A stretch of DNA of 64,000 nt. Source: a virus. The position numbers and the translations under genes are program-made. The notes under the pieces were generated by a model. That model was given only the letters and a program-made list of their open reading frames with translations, did not search any database and was not told the DNA's origin. The stretch is from the IMG/VR virus record IMGVR_UViG_3300046170_000524; one strand, given 5' to 3'. Below are positions 10,816 through 22,052 of the stretch, piece after piece (position 1 is the stretch's first letter; the number at the start of each line of letters is the position of its first letter).

Positions 10816-13800
10816 TATACGCTTAAATCTGTTAGAATTAAATCCTCAGGAGCTTCAGGTAGACTCATATTAGCCTGAGGAGGTATCGGCATTAAAGGTA
10901 ATTGTATAGAGGCATCTTTATCAACCATATCAAATTTACTCTGGCTATACTCTATGCCCTGAACCTCGAATTGATTATTATCAAGCTCTTTAACCCCAAG
11001 AGTCCTAAATAATTGTGTTTGAAAAATTCTCGAGGTTTTAATATTAATATCTTCAGTAAAAAATATTTCACCCTTATCTACTATTGAAGCAGAATCAATT
11101 GAATTAAATACTTCATGAGAATCGATCAACTCAATTGTATTAGCATCAACATAAATTGTATTCCATTGTTTATTTATTTGTGAATCTAAATCCTGCTCAG
11201 AAGAATTAAAATTTTTAATACTTATATTTCTATTTGCAAATAGATCAACGCCATGGTTATCAATCAACTTAATAATTATAGAATTTTTATTTTGCACAGA
11301 TAGATCTTGAGATTTTTTTTCTATAGAAAAAATTTCACATTCATTATAGCCCGGATTCGAAGAACTATACGAGTTCCCCGACAATTCTTCAGGGATTTCA
11401 CCTGGTGTATCAGTACTATTATCTCCTGAAGTCAATTTAAGTCCTATATATTTTTCACTCACATCTACAATATCAAATTCCTTATCGCCCAATTTATATG
11501 ATTCACCAACTGAATAACCATCAACATTATCATACACATATAGCTTAACGGGATCAGGTTTATTTTGCTCGTAAATTACTGCAGCCCACATTGACTTATC
11601 TCTTAAATCTAAATACCACCAACCAACTCTTTTATTCGGGGAGTTAGAAATTTCAGATATATCATAATTAGTCCACGCCCATCCCACATTTGTCAACCAA
11701 AACCAAAAACCTTCCTCTCCAGTATTAGGCTGCCCTGTTAGTTGGCCTAAATATACCCAACCGAAACTAAAAGTATAAAACCAGTCGTCACCTACATCAA
11801 TTAATGTTCCAAACAAACTAGATTCATACAATTTATTTTTTTCGGGATTACCGGGTTTATCCACAAAAATATTATTTAGTACACCTACGTTAGATGAGTC
11901 TTGTCCGCGAGAACCGCTAGTAGCAAATAAACCATTTAATGAAAATGGAGTACCGATTTCCAGTTGTTTAAACGCTAATAAAGTCACAGGGGAAATAGAC
12001 TGACCTACACTTTCCACACAAACAAAATGCTCTCCACCTTCATTAAGAAAATAATCTTTACCGCTGTCAATTATATTAACTTCTGATCCATTTTCTTGCT
12101 CAGAAACTTTAAAGGTATTTCTTGTAGAATTTACTACAAAATAGGCATTTGCCCCTCTCTTATCTACATTTAAACCAGATGGCAATAAACCTAAAGATGA
12201 AAACCTAACTCGATCGCCATCTTTCAATCCATGCTTATAAATTTTTATAGTATTTGTCCCCAAATCTAAACCAAAACTCATCCTTAAATCTAAATCAGTT
12301 ATTAAAGTTTTTTGTCCCTGAGGCCCTTTTTCGTCTAACTCTTCATCAACAAAAACTCGACCTTCAAATCTAAGTATTTGCGGAGAATAAATAGAATCTA
12401 TGTCTACATCTTGATCTTCTTGACTTTTTTCTACTTTAGCTCTTTGGTTTATAGTTTCATATTTTTCATTATCCAAGCCTACGTTGATAACAATTTCAAC
12501 ATTTCTTATGCTAGGCAAATTAGTCAAATCCTTGTCTACTAAAATACTTAATTTATCTTTTTCCTGAATTTGCCCCTGACTATCAGTATATTTACTTTTA
12601 AAAAACAAATTCAAAATCCTTCCACTCGTAGAATCGCCAGATCTATTTTCGTCAGAAACTTCAAACAATGAACCAGGAAAAAGAAACGAACCCTCAGACC
12701 CTGTAACGAATTGAATTTTTTCAGACTCTAAATTAGATGAAGCTAATACCCATTTAGCTAACCTTCTAGCCATACTTCGAGAAGTTATACCCATACCCAT
12801 AGTTTCCTTTTCTATATATCCATAAATTTGCATTGCAGCAGCGTCCTCTTCGTAAACTACATCTGGCTTATAATTCCTTTCTTTATTATTAAATCTGACC
12901 AAACTTGCAGTTACTTTTTTGTTTTTCGCGAAACCAGAATAAGAAAACCCCTCTTTTTTCCTTACGTTTGAATTATTAAATAACATTATAGGAGTTTTTT
13001 TTGAATCTTGAACTACAGAAATCTTACCCGCAGTATATGTCACCATACCTCTAAATAATGAAGCTAATGAATTTAATGCGTTTATTGCCTCAGACTGCTC
13101 GGTTAGATACAAATTTGATTCAAACCTCGGCTCAACAATAGAGTGGTTAAGTTGGGTGGCGCATGCACCAATAGTTATATTTGCATCTGCGTTTTTGTAT
13201 GAAGAACTGTTACTTGCGAAGGTCGGACCGGTCACTAAAACTAACATATCCCCATTTGTTACTTGAGAATCAACTATAAATCTTTCCTCGATATCATATT
13301 CACCTTTTCTCGTAACAGAGTCTTTAGCTAAAGCGGACTGCACATTATTAGAAGGTGATATCTGATCGTCGGTATAATTATGTTTATGAATAAAAAATGC
13401 AATTTTCTTACCCTTAAACTGATTTCTATCTCCAAAGTCTTTAAGGAAATCTCCTTCAGTATAAGAAAAAGGTATAAAGTCTCCACTTTCATTACTAGAT
13501 CTATCAGGGTGTCTAAACTGGTCTAATTTTATTTTAATATAAAAAGCTCCAGGAGGGTTTTTATATCTCCTTAACCCTATTTTCATGAGAATTTTGATCC
13601 AAAACATTTTCGGTAGTAAAAGCAAGCGGCAATCTATTTGTAGTTTCTACAGGGTAATTAGTTTCAACAAGTTCATCACAATACTTAGCTATTTTATACA
13701 ACTGCCACTTATCAACCATCAAATCCTCAACTCCATATTTACCTAACCCATATCTATAATTAGTCAGTAAATCATAAAAGACCCAAGCCGGGATTATTAC

Positions 13801-15559
13801 TCCAAACTCGTTTTTCATCAGGTATAGAAAACACAGATTCTCCATCTCTTTGCCCTGCAAACAAACCGTTCCAAGGTCCATTATATGTCCTTGACTCCGG
13901 CTCATAATTGGAGGGGACAAGAATTTTTTTCATTTTTATATGATAAGACCTAACAGGAATATTATTAAAATTCTTACTATCAAATTTTATCTTAACAGCA
14001 GCCGTATGTGGATAAATAACCTTTTCTTCTATAGATTCCTGAATATAAGGAATTTTAATAGACTTTTGCCTCATTATACCGCCAACATGACCAAGAAAAG
14101 TAGAATTATTTCCATTAGGATTATCATAACTGACCGAACCAGAGCTATCTACGGATTGATCGAATTCCGAAGTAAGTTTTACAACTGAAAAATTTAATTG
14201 CTCAGAGTTATCAACGAAAAGAATACCGGGATCATACTTTACAGATATAGAAAATTCATAAAATGAAGTTGCTAAGCCTTGTATCATAAAAAAATAATTA
14301 TCCCCCACTTGTATTTTTTGCAGCCCTTTTGTTATTTTCTTTCCATTAACTTCATCAGAATTAGGCGTACCTTCAAGATAATGAATATCATTTGAATTTA
14401 TATCGCTGCTAGGATCAAGTATATTAATTCTTTTTCCGTTTTTAGTGTAAAAAATAACAAATCTAATAGAGTCACTTAATGTGTCTCCAGGATCTTTATT
14501 CATCTGCATCATGTTAACTGCAAATTGAATCGTTATTTTACTAACATTTCTATCGGTTATAGCGTGAGAGAAAATGAAAGCCTGTTTTTTTATCGCAGAT
14601 TCAAAATTATTATATACAGACTTAGCAGTTCCACCTAAATAAGGTCCTGGCCCATACAACTGAGTTCCATATTGAATAGTGTAGGAAATATTACTAGATA
14701 ATGCATCAGAGTCAGAGCTCAAACCTTTTTTTAATTTAGGCAGCTCGTCATCTTCATTTAAAACATAATTAAAACTCTCTATTTCTCCACTGGAAACAGT
14801 ATTTTTAATCTGCACATTATTTAAATATATTCCTTCTCTAATATCAGTGGTGGTTAATAAGTTACCATTTTTATCCACAAGTCCAGCTATCGGACCCTCA
14901 CACAGCAAATCTATATATTCTGTAGTTGAATAAGATTCTAAAACACTAGATTTAGATTTCGAGTTCCTTTTTAAATTAAATGTACTAACTTTCGCATCAA
15001 TATTAGCAGAGCCTATCTTAAGCAATCCATAACCTAAAGGAACAGGAATTCCTTGGGCCTGACGATTTCTTTGTCCAGCAAGCAATAAAGATTTGGAAGA
15101 TACTTTTGTGCCAGGTTTAGGAGGAGCAGGAGGCTTAAATAAAGCTTGAGTTATAAATGATATAGCAACAGCAATCGCTACATAAGTTGCAACAGTTAAA
15201 ACTGTAGCAAGTACTCCTTTTCCTATCATATTCACCCAAAAACCACCAATAACCGTACTAGCAACTGCCCCACCCTTGGGCACCGGTAAAATATGAATCT
15301 CGTCACTTTTTATCTCCGAGTTTAGATTGTTTTTAGTAATTAAACTATCTACAGCATCATTTTCTGATTCAACTTTCAAAGGGTCTTTTAATAGAATTAT
15401 GTACTTATTACCCTTAACATGCTCTCTGACAGTATGTTCAAAAAAACCCGAAGAATTCGCCTCTATAGCAGACAACGCTTCTTGTATAGTCGAAACGTTC
15501 AACTCCCATGATGAGTTGAATTTCTTGCCTAATTCTCCATAAAGACGAACCTTTTTCAT
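10815..15559 (-). CDS. gpI-gpJ fusion central tail tip/host-specificity protein, interrupted by two apparent frameshifts (~13790, ~13585)
   Basis: N-terminal MKKVRLYGELGKKF (gpI); PVPLGYG, DLLCEGPIAGL, YPHTA, SNNP/AWVFYDLLTNYRYGLG, EPRFESN, GITSRSMARRLAKW (gpJ) spread over track ORFs 13772-15559, 13561-13920 and 10815-13625. Confidence 0.85.
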
Positions 15560-15582
15560 TACCTTAAACCTTAATTTAAATA

Positions 15583-15924
15583 TTACACTTTAATTTCATA
15601 AAAACAAAAACAATCTGTTTTCAGACTATATATTAAAAATGAAATACCTAAACTCAATGAATTCTCTATATCCGAAGTGGAAGGTTTTTCGGAAATATTT
15701 AAGTGAGAATGAAATATACAGTAAATATTATCCATCACCAGATAAGCTGGGTTTATAACAAAAGTTTTCTTAGGGCTAGCACTTAAATTATCAAGCTTAA
15801 TAAAATCACTAACCTCAAGAGTATTTTTGTCATATAAAAATAACCCACAAGACTCTTGATGATTATTTTCTATAGAAAATTGCTTGGCCTCTTCCAGTAA
15901 TTTCTCTGGAATTTTATCTTTCAA
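15583..15924 (-). CDS. JAB/MPN metalloprotease (lambda gpK N-domain-like, no NlpC/P60)
   Basis: ESCG and HSHLNISEKPSTSD form an intact JAMM motif; located between gpL and gpI-J. Confidence 0.85.
   Translation of the reverse strand: MKDKIPEKLLEEAKQFSIENNHQESCGLFLYDKNTLEVSDFIKLDNLSASPKKTFVINPAYLVMDNIYCIFHSHLNISEKPSTSDIENSLSLGISFLIYSLKTDCFCFYEIKV
15584..15588 (-). promoter_or_regulatory. GTGTA motif (putative late promoter) upstream of gpI-J
   Basis: AAGTGTAATA on - strand ~25 nt upstream of ATG 15559. Confidence 0.5.
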
Positions 15925-16993
15925 TAGGATACTGTTCTGTACCAGGAAAACCGCCGAATCTTAAACCTACATTATCTGTTTGATTATAATCAATTAAGCT
16001 AGGATCATCCTTAGAAAATCTTTTTTTGCAAGACTCTATACTTTTCGTACAGGCATCTTCTAGCCAATAATCTGCATTAAAAAATGGATGGAAATTTTTA
16101 GCCAACTCATGATCTTTAGCGCACACAAAAACTTTTGGCGCTGAAACGTAAGGGTTTTTAGATTTTTCGTTTACTATTTTAACCACATCATTCAATTTAT
16201 AGCCCTTTAAATTTTCTGGATTACCATTTTTACCATATTTGCTCCATTCTGGAATATCAGATATGCCATTAGAATACAGTCCCGGATCTACGCGACCCTC
16301 ACTATCCTTCGAGAAGTTTGAGGTCAATGATTTACTTGAGCCTGTTTCAATAGGTAAACCTTTGTAACCGCAACCTATTTTACATCTATAAGTCCAATTA
16401 CAATATCTAGATAAAATAACTCTAGCCGGAACCATAGAATCTTCTATCTCAAGCACAGAAGTTAATTCAAACTCTATAACAGAATTTTGCTCTCCAACTT
16501 TTTTGTTGATATAGAAAATATCATCCAAGAAGCTAGCGCCTGGATCGCTCATTCCAAAAGGATTCTTTATTAGATCATTAATATTTCTATTTAAATAATT
16601 ATTATTATCTAAAAACCCTGCATAAGTTCTTTTTCTTGTTACCTTGCACCCCAAGAAATCTTTGTTCATTTTAACTATTTTAGACAACAATCCCACTGGA
16701 GAAGCTATTCTTAATGTGGGCCTAGGCATTTTGCCGTCAGATTTATTTTCAAAGCCGGAAGCTTCTATGGGCAATGGCTGATACGCATTACCTTTCCAAT
16801 AAATAGGGTTAGTTCCATTTTGCATTGAAGAAAATCTATATATAGGCTCAGAATTAGGAGAGGTATCCAATAAAGACTCAAATTCCTCAAAAATATATTG
16901 AAGATTACTAAAATCTATTTCAAACAATTCTACCACAACATCTGGCATAATAGATACCATTTGTCTATTTAAATTTATTTCAGAGGAACCCAT
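15914..16993 (-). CDS. Minor tail tip protein L (lambda gpL-like)
   Basis: VVELFEIDF, GNAYQPLPIEASGF, KVTRKRTYA, CNWTYRCKIGC...CTKSIESCKKRF (Fe-S cysteines), FGGFPG. Confidence 0.9.
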   Translation of the reverse strand: MGSSEINLNRQMVSIMPDVVVELFEIDFSNLQYIFEEFESLLDTSPNSEPIYRFSSMQNGTNPIYWKGNAYQPLPIEASGFENKSDGKMPRPTLRIASPVGLLSKIVKMNKDFLGCKVTRKRTYAGFLDNNNYLNRNINDLIKNPFGMSDPGASFLDDIFYINKKVGEQNSVIEFELTSVLEIEDSMVPARVILSRYCNWTYRCKIGCGYKGLPIETGSSKSLTSNFSKDSEGRVDPGLYSNGISDIPEWSKYGKNGNPENLKGYKLNDVVKIVNEKSKNPYVSAPKVFVCAKDHELAKNFHPFFNADYWLEDACTKSIESCKKRFSKDDPSLIDYNQTDNVGLRFGGFPGTEQYPIER

Positions 16994-19900
16994 TATATAT
17001 TGATAGTAATTAAGCCTTGTAAATTTTCTACAGATCCGTTATTATATACGACATTAAATGAATTTGTGTAAAAATTAGCTGACCTTAAGGCTATTAACGA
17101 GTCCCCGTTTTGATTGATGATATTATTTTCATTTTGGTCTATTATATTTATAATAAATTCTTGAGATCTATACACTACATCTATATAACCTCTTTGTTTT
17201 GCGTCTAAAATTGACACCTTATTTTTCTTGAAAAACTCAACCCCAATAATATAATCTGCATAAGAAGATCCTCCTAGGAAGGAAGACGTTATAAGCCCAT
17301 CATTTCTTTGCCTGAAATGATTTACTCTATTAGCTCCAACTTTTTCATCAGAAAATGCGCCATCGCCATTATCTACAAGAGTCTTGAAAGATATCCCACC
17401 CTCATCTCCATTTGTAAAAAATTTGCTCAGCTTAATATATTTTCCGTTGAGACCAAAAGGTAAATCAGGAGAAGAAGGTAACTGTATAATATAATCTTCG
17501 TTAGTTAAGTCATTCTGAATAATCAGGGGAACTTCATCTTCTTCTTGACCAAGGATTTCGAATAGTAATTTTTCGTGTTGATCTATTATAATTGAAGACA
17601 AAGTAATTGGGGAAACCCCTTTGTTTTCAAAAAATATCCTACGTCTATGATCTCTATTCCTACTACTAGCGTCATTTCCTATAGAAAACGTTACTGGAGA
17701 AGAGAAATTTAACTCTGGTGGGTCAACTGGAGAATCATTAAATCGATTATCTATTTTTTCTGAAGAGAAATTAAACGGAACCTGCTTAAATACAGCGGTT
17801 ATAGTATGAGAATTCTTATAAACATAAGTATGATTCCATGATTCGCACACAAAATTTAATTTCCTATCATATGGAGCAGGCGGAGAGTATATAAAAGGAA
17901 TAAACCCGAGATGATCTTCCAAGAAATGAAGTACAGCATAAGCTTCGGAATCATCTCTTGATTTAAAAGATAAATTTAGCTCCAAAAGACTTTCGTTAAT
18001 TCCATCTTTGTAAAATTGAGAATAACCGTTTGTTGCAGATATTTCTGATAAATTAAATTTTTGATTAACATCTAAACCAATAGAAGGCTTCCATATAAAT
18101 TCCCTTGACCACGTATTTGTGTTTATATCTCTAAATTTTAAAAGATCATCGTCATCTCTATATTCTTCCACCGGAGGAGTATTAGCTATCGGAAAGTTGG
18201 ATATGTTATAATAATACTTATGATTACCTGTTGAGAAAACAACGTCATTATATTCATAGTATTCAGATTGATCATATTCATCAGCCCTTCTCACAAATAA
18301 GCCTTCTGATTTATTCAATATAGATGTATTAAAATTTCTCAAAGTCAAGGACAAATCATTACTATTCTCGAAATTCATTTTATGATCAATCCCTCCACAT
18401 ATAAATCTTGTCGTTTGAGCATTTAAAGAGTCATAGGGGTGAAAAGTTGAACCTCCATCCCACCTAAAACCTGATATTCCCTGAGAATATTTCAGGAAAT
18501 CTGAAGGAGCATCCTTTTCTAATTGACCTTGATGATTCTCTATAAAATGAACGATAGCGTTAGCCTCTTTATTTGTTCGATTTTTAAAATTTAATTTAGC
18601 TTCAAAACCAAGAGCATTAATAGACTTAGGGCTTCTATGGGTATATCCGTTAGAATATTCAATCATATTGTTTTCTACCTTATATGAAGCTGTTGACCCA
18701 TAATCTGCATCAAAGAAAAACACATCCGAAGCCCAGACATCTGGACTGTCAGAAGGAAACGAGTCAGTAATAGTTATATACAGTTCATTTGAAGACTTAT
18801 GTTCGTAATTCCTAATGTAGGTAGAGTCATTTATACCTTGAATTAATATCCTAGCCCTATAATCTTCTGTACTTGTTGGAACCGAAACTTCAGGATCTTC
18901 TGGTAAATTTACCTCAGGAACCTTAGACTCACTTGTTTCGTATACTGCCCTGGGCTTATTATCAGATTGTAACGTGTTAGTTATTTTATACCATTTAGAT
19001 TCGGAAAAATTATATACCCCTATAGATTCAGATTCGAGTTTAGATGTTTGCGAAGATGCCCCGGGATATCTTTGCCAAAAAGTCCACCCTAGATTTCCGA
19101 AATCAGACTTACCCTCAGATATCATAAATGCTAGACCCCTTCTCGCCAAACTATCATTAGTATAAAACCACGTTGGATTAGAATCGTCCAAAATATTAAC
19201 CTGAGACAAGTAAAAACATATTTCTCTACTTGACCCATGCAATGTAGAAAATTGAACTTTACCCAAACTTTCGTGATCAATTTGGATATCATCTATAGGT
19301 AAAGGAGTAGTTAAAGAGCTAGATGGATCACTATCGTATAAAAATCTACCAAAACCTTCTTTATCTAAACCTTCAGGGAATTGAGGGTGAGAAGATCCAT
19401 TGCTTGATTGGTAATTCTGCCATTGAGAAGATACAGAATCAAAAGAGTCCACCCATCTTACAAAATTTCTTCCATACCAATAAAAGTTATTTTTAACAAT
19501 ATTATCAGAACCAGCGTCATCGCTATCAAAGAACCAAGAGTTAGTAAAGTAATTAAGTCCGTTATTAATATCAGCTTCATTTCCGCCTAAAATCTGATTT
19601 AAACTTAAATCTGATTTAATTCTTACATCGTAATTAGTATCAATACCTTGAATGATATATTGACCATCAGAACCATTTTCCGAACCCTGCAAATCTATGG
19701 TTTGACCAATCTTAAAAGTATTACTAATTGTATCTAGTTGATTATATTCATCGATAATACTATTGGTAGGCCTACCATCAATTTTAATAGATTGATTTTC
19801 ATCAGGATACAAAGAAAATCTATTAGACCCTTCTATAGTTGCTCCACCACCCAGAACATTATCTTTTTTTGCATAATAAAACAATCCGTCCCCAGTATTA

Positions 19901-20007
19901 TAAACAAAATCAAATTTTTCATAAACTGCATTTTGATCAAAGACTCCGCTATAGTTACTAATATGGCTTTGTTGTTGATTATAAAAATGTTGATATGATG
20001 AAGTCAT
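16993..20007 (-). CDS. Minor tail protein with two tandem gpM-like domains plus inserted modules
   Basis: Two copies of the F.W.P...NGY.Q...GIN...L.F..R...EA.A..HF.E.H.G pattern; upstream of gpL. Confidence 0.75.
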   Translation of the reverse strand: MTSSYQHFYNQQQSHISNYSGVFDQNAVYEKFDFVYNTGDGLFYYAKKDNVLGGGATIEGSNRFSLYPDENQSIKIDGRPTNSIIDEYNQLDTISNTFKIGQTIDLQGSENGSDGQYIIQGIDTNYDVRIKSDLSLNQILGGNEADINNGLNYFTNSWFFDSDDAGSDNIVKNNFYWYGRNFVRWVDSFDSVSSQWQNYQSSNGSSHPQFPEGLDKEGFGRFLYDSDPSSSLTTPLPIDDIQIDHESLGKVQFSTLHGSSREICFYLSQVNILDDSNPTWFYTNDSLARRGLAFMISEGKSDFGNLGWTFWQRYPGASSQTSKLESESIGVYNFSESKWYKITNTLQSDNKPRAVYETSESKVPEVNLPEDPEVSVPTSTEDYRARILIQGINDSTYIRNYEHKSSNELYITITDSFPSDSPDVWASDVFFFDADYGSTASYKVENNMIEYSNGYTHRSPKSINALGFEAKLNFKNRTNKEANAIVHFIENHQGQLEKDAPSDFLKYSQGISGFRWDGGSTFHPYDSLNAQTTRFICGGIDHKMNFENSNDLSLTLRNFNTSILNKSEGLFVRRADEYDQSEYYEYNDVVFSTGNHKYYYNISNFPIANTPPVEEYRDDDDLLKFRDINTNTWSREFIWKPSIGLDVNQKFNLSEISATNGYSQFYKDGINESLLELNLSFKSRDDSEAYAVLHFLEDHLGFIPFIYSPPAPYDRKLNFVCESWNHTYVYKNSHTITAVFKQVPFNFSSEKIDNRFNDSPVDPPELNFSSPVTFSIGNDASSRNRDHRRRIFFENKGVSPITLSSIIIDQHEKLLFEILGQEEDEVPLIIQNDLTNEDYIIQLPSSPDLPFGLNGKYIKLSKFFTNGDEGGISFKTLVDNGDGAFSDEKVGANRVNHFRQRNDGLITSSFLGGSSYADYIIGVEFFKKNKVSILDAKQRGYIDVVYRSQEFIINIIDQNENNIINQNGDSLIALRSANFYTNSFNVVYNNGSVENLQGLITINI

Positions 20008-20924
20008 TATTTAATAATCTCTGTTATTGTTATTTGCGAGGAAGATCGACCCCCTTCTTCCATAGATATAGATTGCCCTTGTATTTTTCCATCTACAGAA
20101 AATTTAGCTAACTTATTTCCGTTTAAACCATACAAATAAGCAGATATTCTAGAATTAGCTATATTATCAACAGTATTCAGTCCCTGATAATCTCCAAATA
20201 TATTCATATCATCAATAATTTCATTAGCAGTGACAGACATTTCAGACTCTATTTTTTCTATTGAAACTCTGTGAGGAACAGGTCCGTCAGAATCCGTCAT
20301 GATATAACTGCTTTCGTTTTCTCTTATTTTGTGACTTTCTTTTCTTTCAATTTTTGCAGCATACTTTAATGAAGAAATCTCGAATTGACCACCAATTAAG
20401 TTATCTGCATCTATACTTGAGATTTTTACGTTCCCAAAAGATTTAATAGAATGAGCGAAATCAACAATATTTTTCCTAAACCTTCTACCAACAGACCTTC
20501 TAATAGTTCCATATATATCATATTCGGCAGAGGCAGATATAACAGAAAAAGGAGTCATTGAAAAAGAAAAAGACTTTAAGTACATATTATTAAATGAATA
20601 TCTTCCTACCTCATTATTATGTATAGGATCTTCAGACATTCCAGCCTTAATATCAAAAAGCCTATCAATAGAATTAGCAGCCCCATCTTGAGCAAATGTT
20701 TCTGCTGATATATAAAAACTGATAGATAGAGAACCTTTTAATCCGCCACTAGGAGAATATTTCAAAAACTCTGTTTTAGCGCCTGCGATAGATAAATCAA
20801 GATCTCCATAAACTCTTTCCGCTTCTAATGATGGGCGAATAGATAAAGATGCACTACTAACCATAATATTTTGACCATTTAACGTGATCTTTCCGTCTTC
20901 AAATCTTAAAAAAGGATTTTTCAT
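20007..20924 (-). CDS. Tail-tube-fold/distal tail protein paralogue
   Basis: Between TMP and gpM; beta-strand pattern VSSASLSIRPSLEAERVYG...GSLSISFY resembles the major tube protein. Confidence 0.5.
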   Translation of the reverse strand: MKNPFLRFEDGKITLNGQNIMVSSASLSIRPSLEAERVYGDLDLSIAGAKTEFLKYSPSGGLKGSLSISFYISAETFAQDGAANSIDRLFDIKAGMSEDPIHNNEVGRYSFNNMYLKSFSFSMTPFSVISASAEYDIYGTIRRSVGRRFRKNIVDFAHSIKSFGNVKISSIDADNLIGGQFEISSLKYAAKIERKESHKIRENESSYIMTDSDGPVPHRVSIEKIESEMSVTANEIIDDMNIFGDYQGLNTVDNIANSRISAYLYGLNGNKLAKFSVDGKIQGQSISMEEGGRSSSQITITEIIK

Positions 20925-22051
20925 GATACTGGATTATGATAGGTGTCATAACCTTTATATGTTAAAGATATAGACATTTCGCCTTCTACAGAAGAATTAA
21001 TAGATTCTCCTATAAGCCTAATATTATTGCCAGTAAAAGAATTAATAACTACATCCCTCTGAGAGTCTCTTAATTCTATTTCTATACTGCTCTTTGGAGC
21101 AGATTGAATACGATCTTTAATTTCTCTTATTTCATACTCATCTGCGATCATTGTAAAATTAATGTTAGTCTCAATAGGGTATTGAGTTTCTACCTGAACT
21201 GGCTCTAGGTTCTTATAAGTTGGCTCATTATTAACAGTCCAATCCTCATCATCTCCTTTTGGTAGTGCATATATAGGATTCAAGCTTAGTGACCTACTAT
21301 AACTAAAGTCGCTGATAGCATCAACCTCGAAATCACTAACCTTTAGTTTTATCGTTGACTGATCAGTAAAACTAATATCAGGATGTTCTTTGTATGCAAT
21401 TTCTGATAAATTATAAGGCACAATTTCAAAGGCGTCTTGACCTAACCCTAAGATAGTATTACCCTCAATAGTTCTTGATTTTGGATATAAACTTGAATAC
21501 AGAGCATCGTGAATAGATAATTCTTTTTTAAAAAAATAATCATAAAGATTAGGTCTACCATCAATTAAAATTTGGCCAAAGTTATCAGTATAAAATACTT
21601 GATCCCCATTAAAATATTCCATATGATCTTCTTTTAAAACATAAGATACAGTTTTCATTACATTTTTACCAAGCTCTCCATATACAGTAATATCAGTCTG
21701 TATCTCAGGAATTTGTCCTACAGAACAAGATATAGAATAATTATTTACTCTACCTTTTTTAAAACCAAACCCCTTTCTATTATTGTCGTACAAAATAACA
21801 CCATTAATATCATCTTCATCAAATGAATACTTACCTAAAGCGTTTGTCTCTAATAAAGGGTCAAAGCTCACCATTTGACGTGATATAGAAAAATTACCTT
21901 CTAATGGTTTCTGAATTAACGCATCTATGAAACCCACACCAGCCACTTTAATTGTCTTTTCACTTATTCCGTAATTTCCATCGATACTAGTAACACCAGA
22001 TAAGGCGCAACCATTAACAACAATAGTTTGTTCGTAATTAGAGTAACTCAT
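20921..22051 (-). CDS. Tail-tube-fold/distal tail protein paralogue (start revised to MSYSNYEQ at 22051)
   Basis: SGVTSIDGNYGISEK..., ISDFSYSRSLSLNPIYAL...YPIETNINF resemble the two halves of the major tube; ATG follows the corrected TMP stop. Confidence 0.55.
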   Translation of the reverse strand: MSYSNYEQTIVVNGCALSGVTSIDGNYGISEKTIKVAGVGFIDALIQKPLEGNFSISRQMVSFDPLLETNALGKYSFDEDDINGVILYDNNRKGFGFKKGRVNNYSISCSVGQIPEIQTDITVYGELGKNVMKTVSYVLKEDHMEYFNGDQVFYTDNFGQILIDGRPNLYDYFFKKELSIHDALYSSLYPKSRTIEGNTILGLGQDAFEIVPYNLSEIAYKEHPDISFTDQSTIKLKVSDFEVDAISDFSYSRSLSLNPIYALPKGDDEDWTVNNEPTYKNLEPVQVETQYPIETNINFTMIADEYEIREIKDRIQSAPKSSIEIELRDSQRDVVINSFTGNNIRLIGESINSSVEGEMSISLTYKGYDTYHNPVS

Positions 22052-22052
22052 C

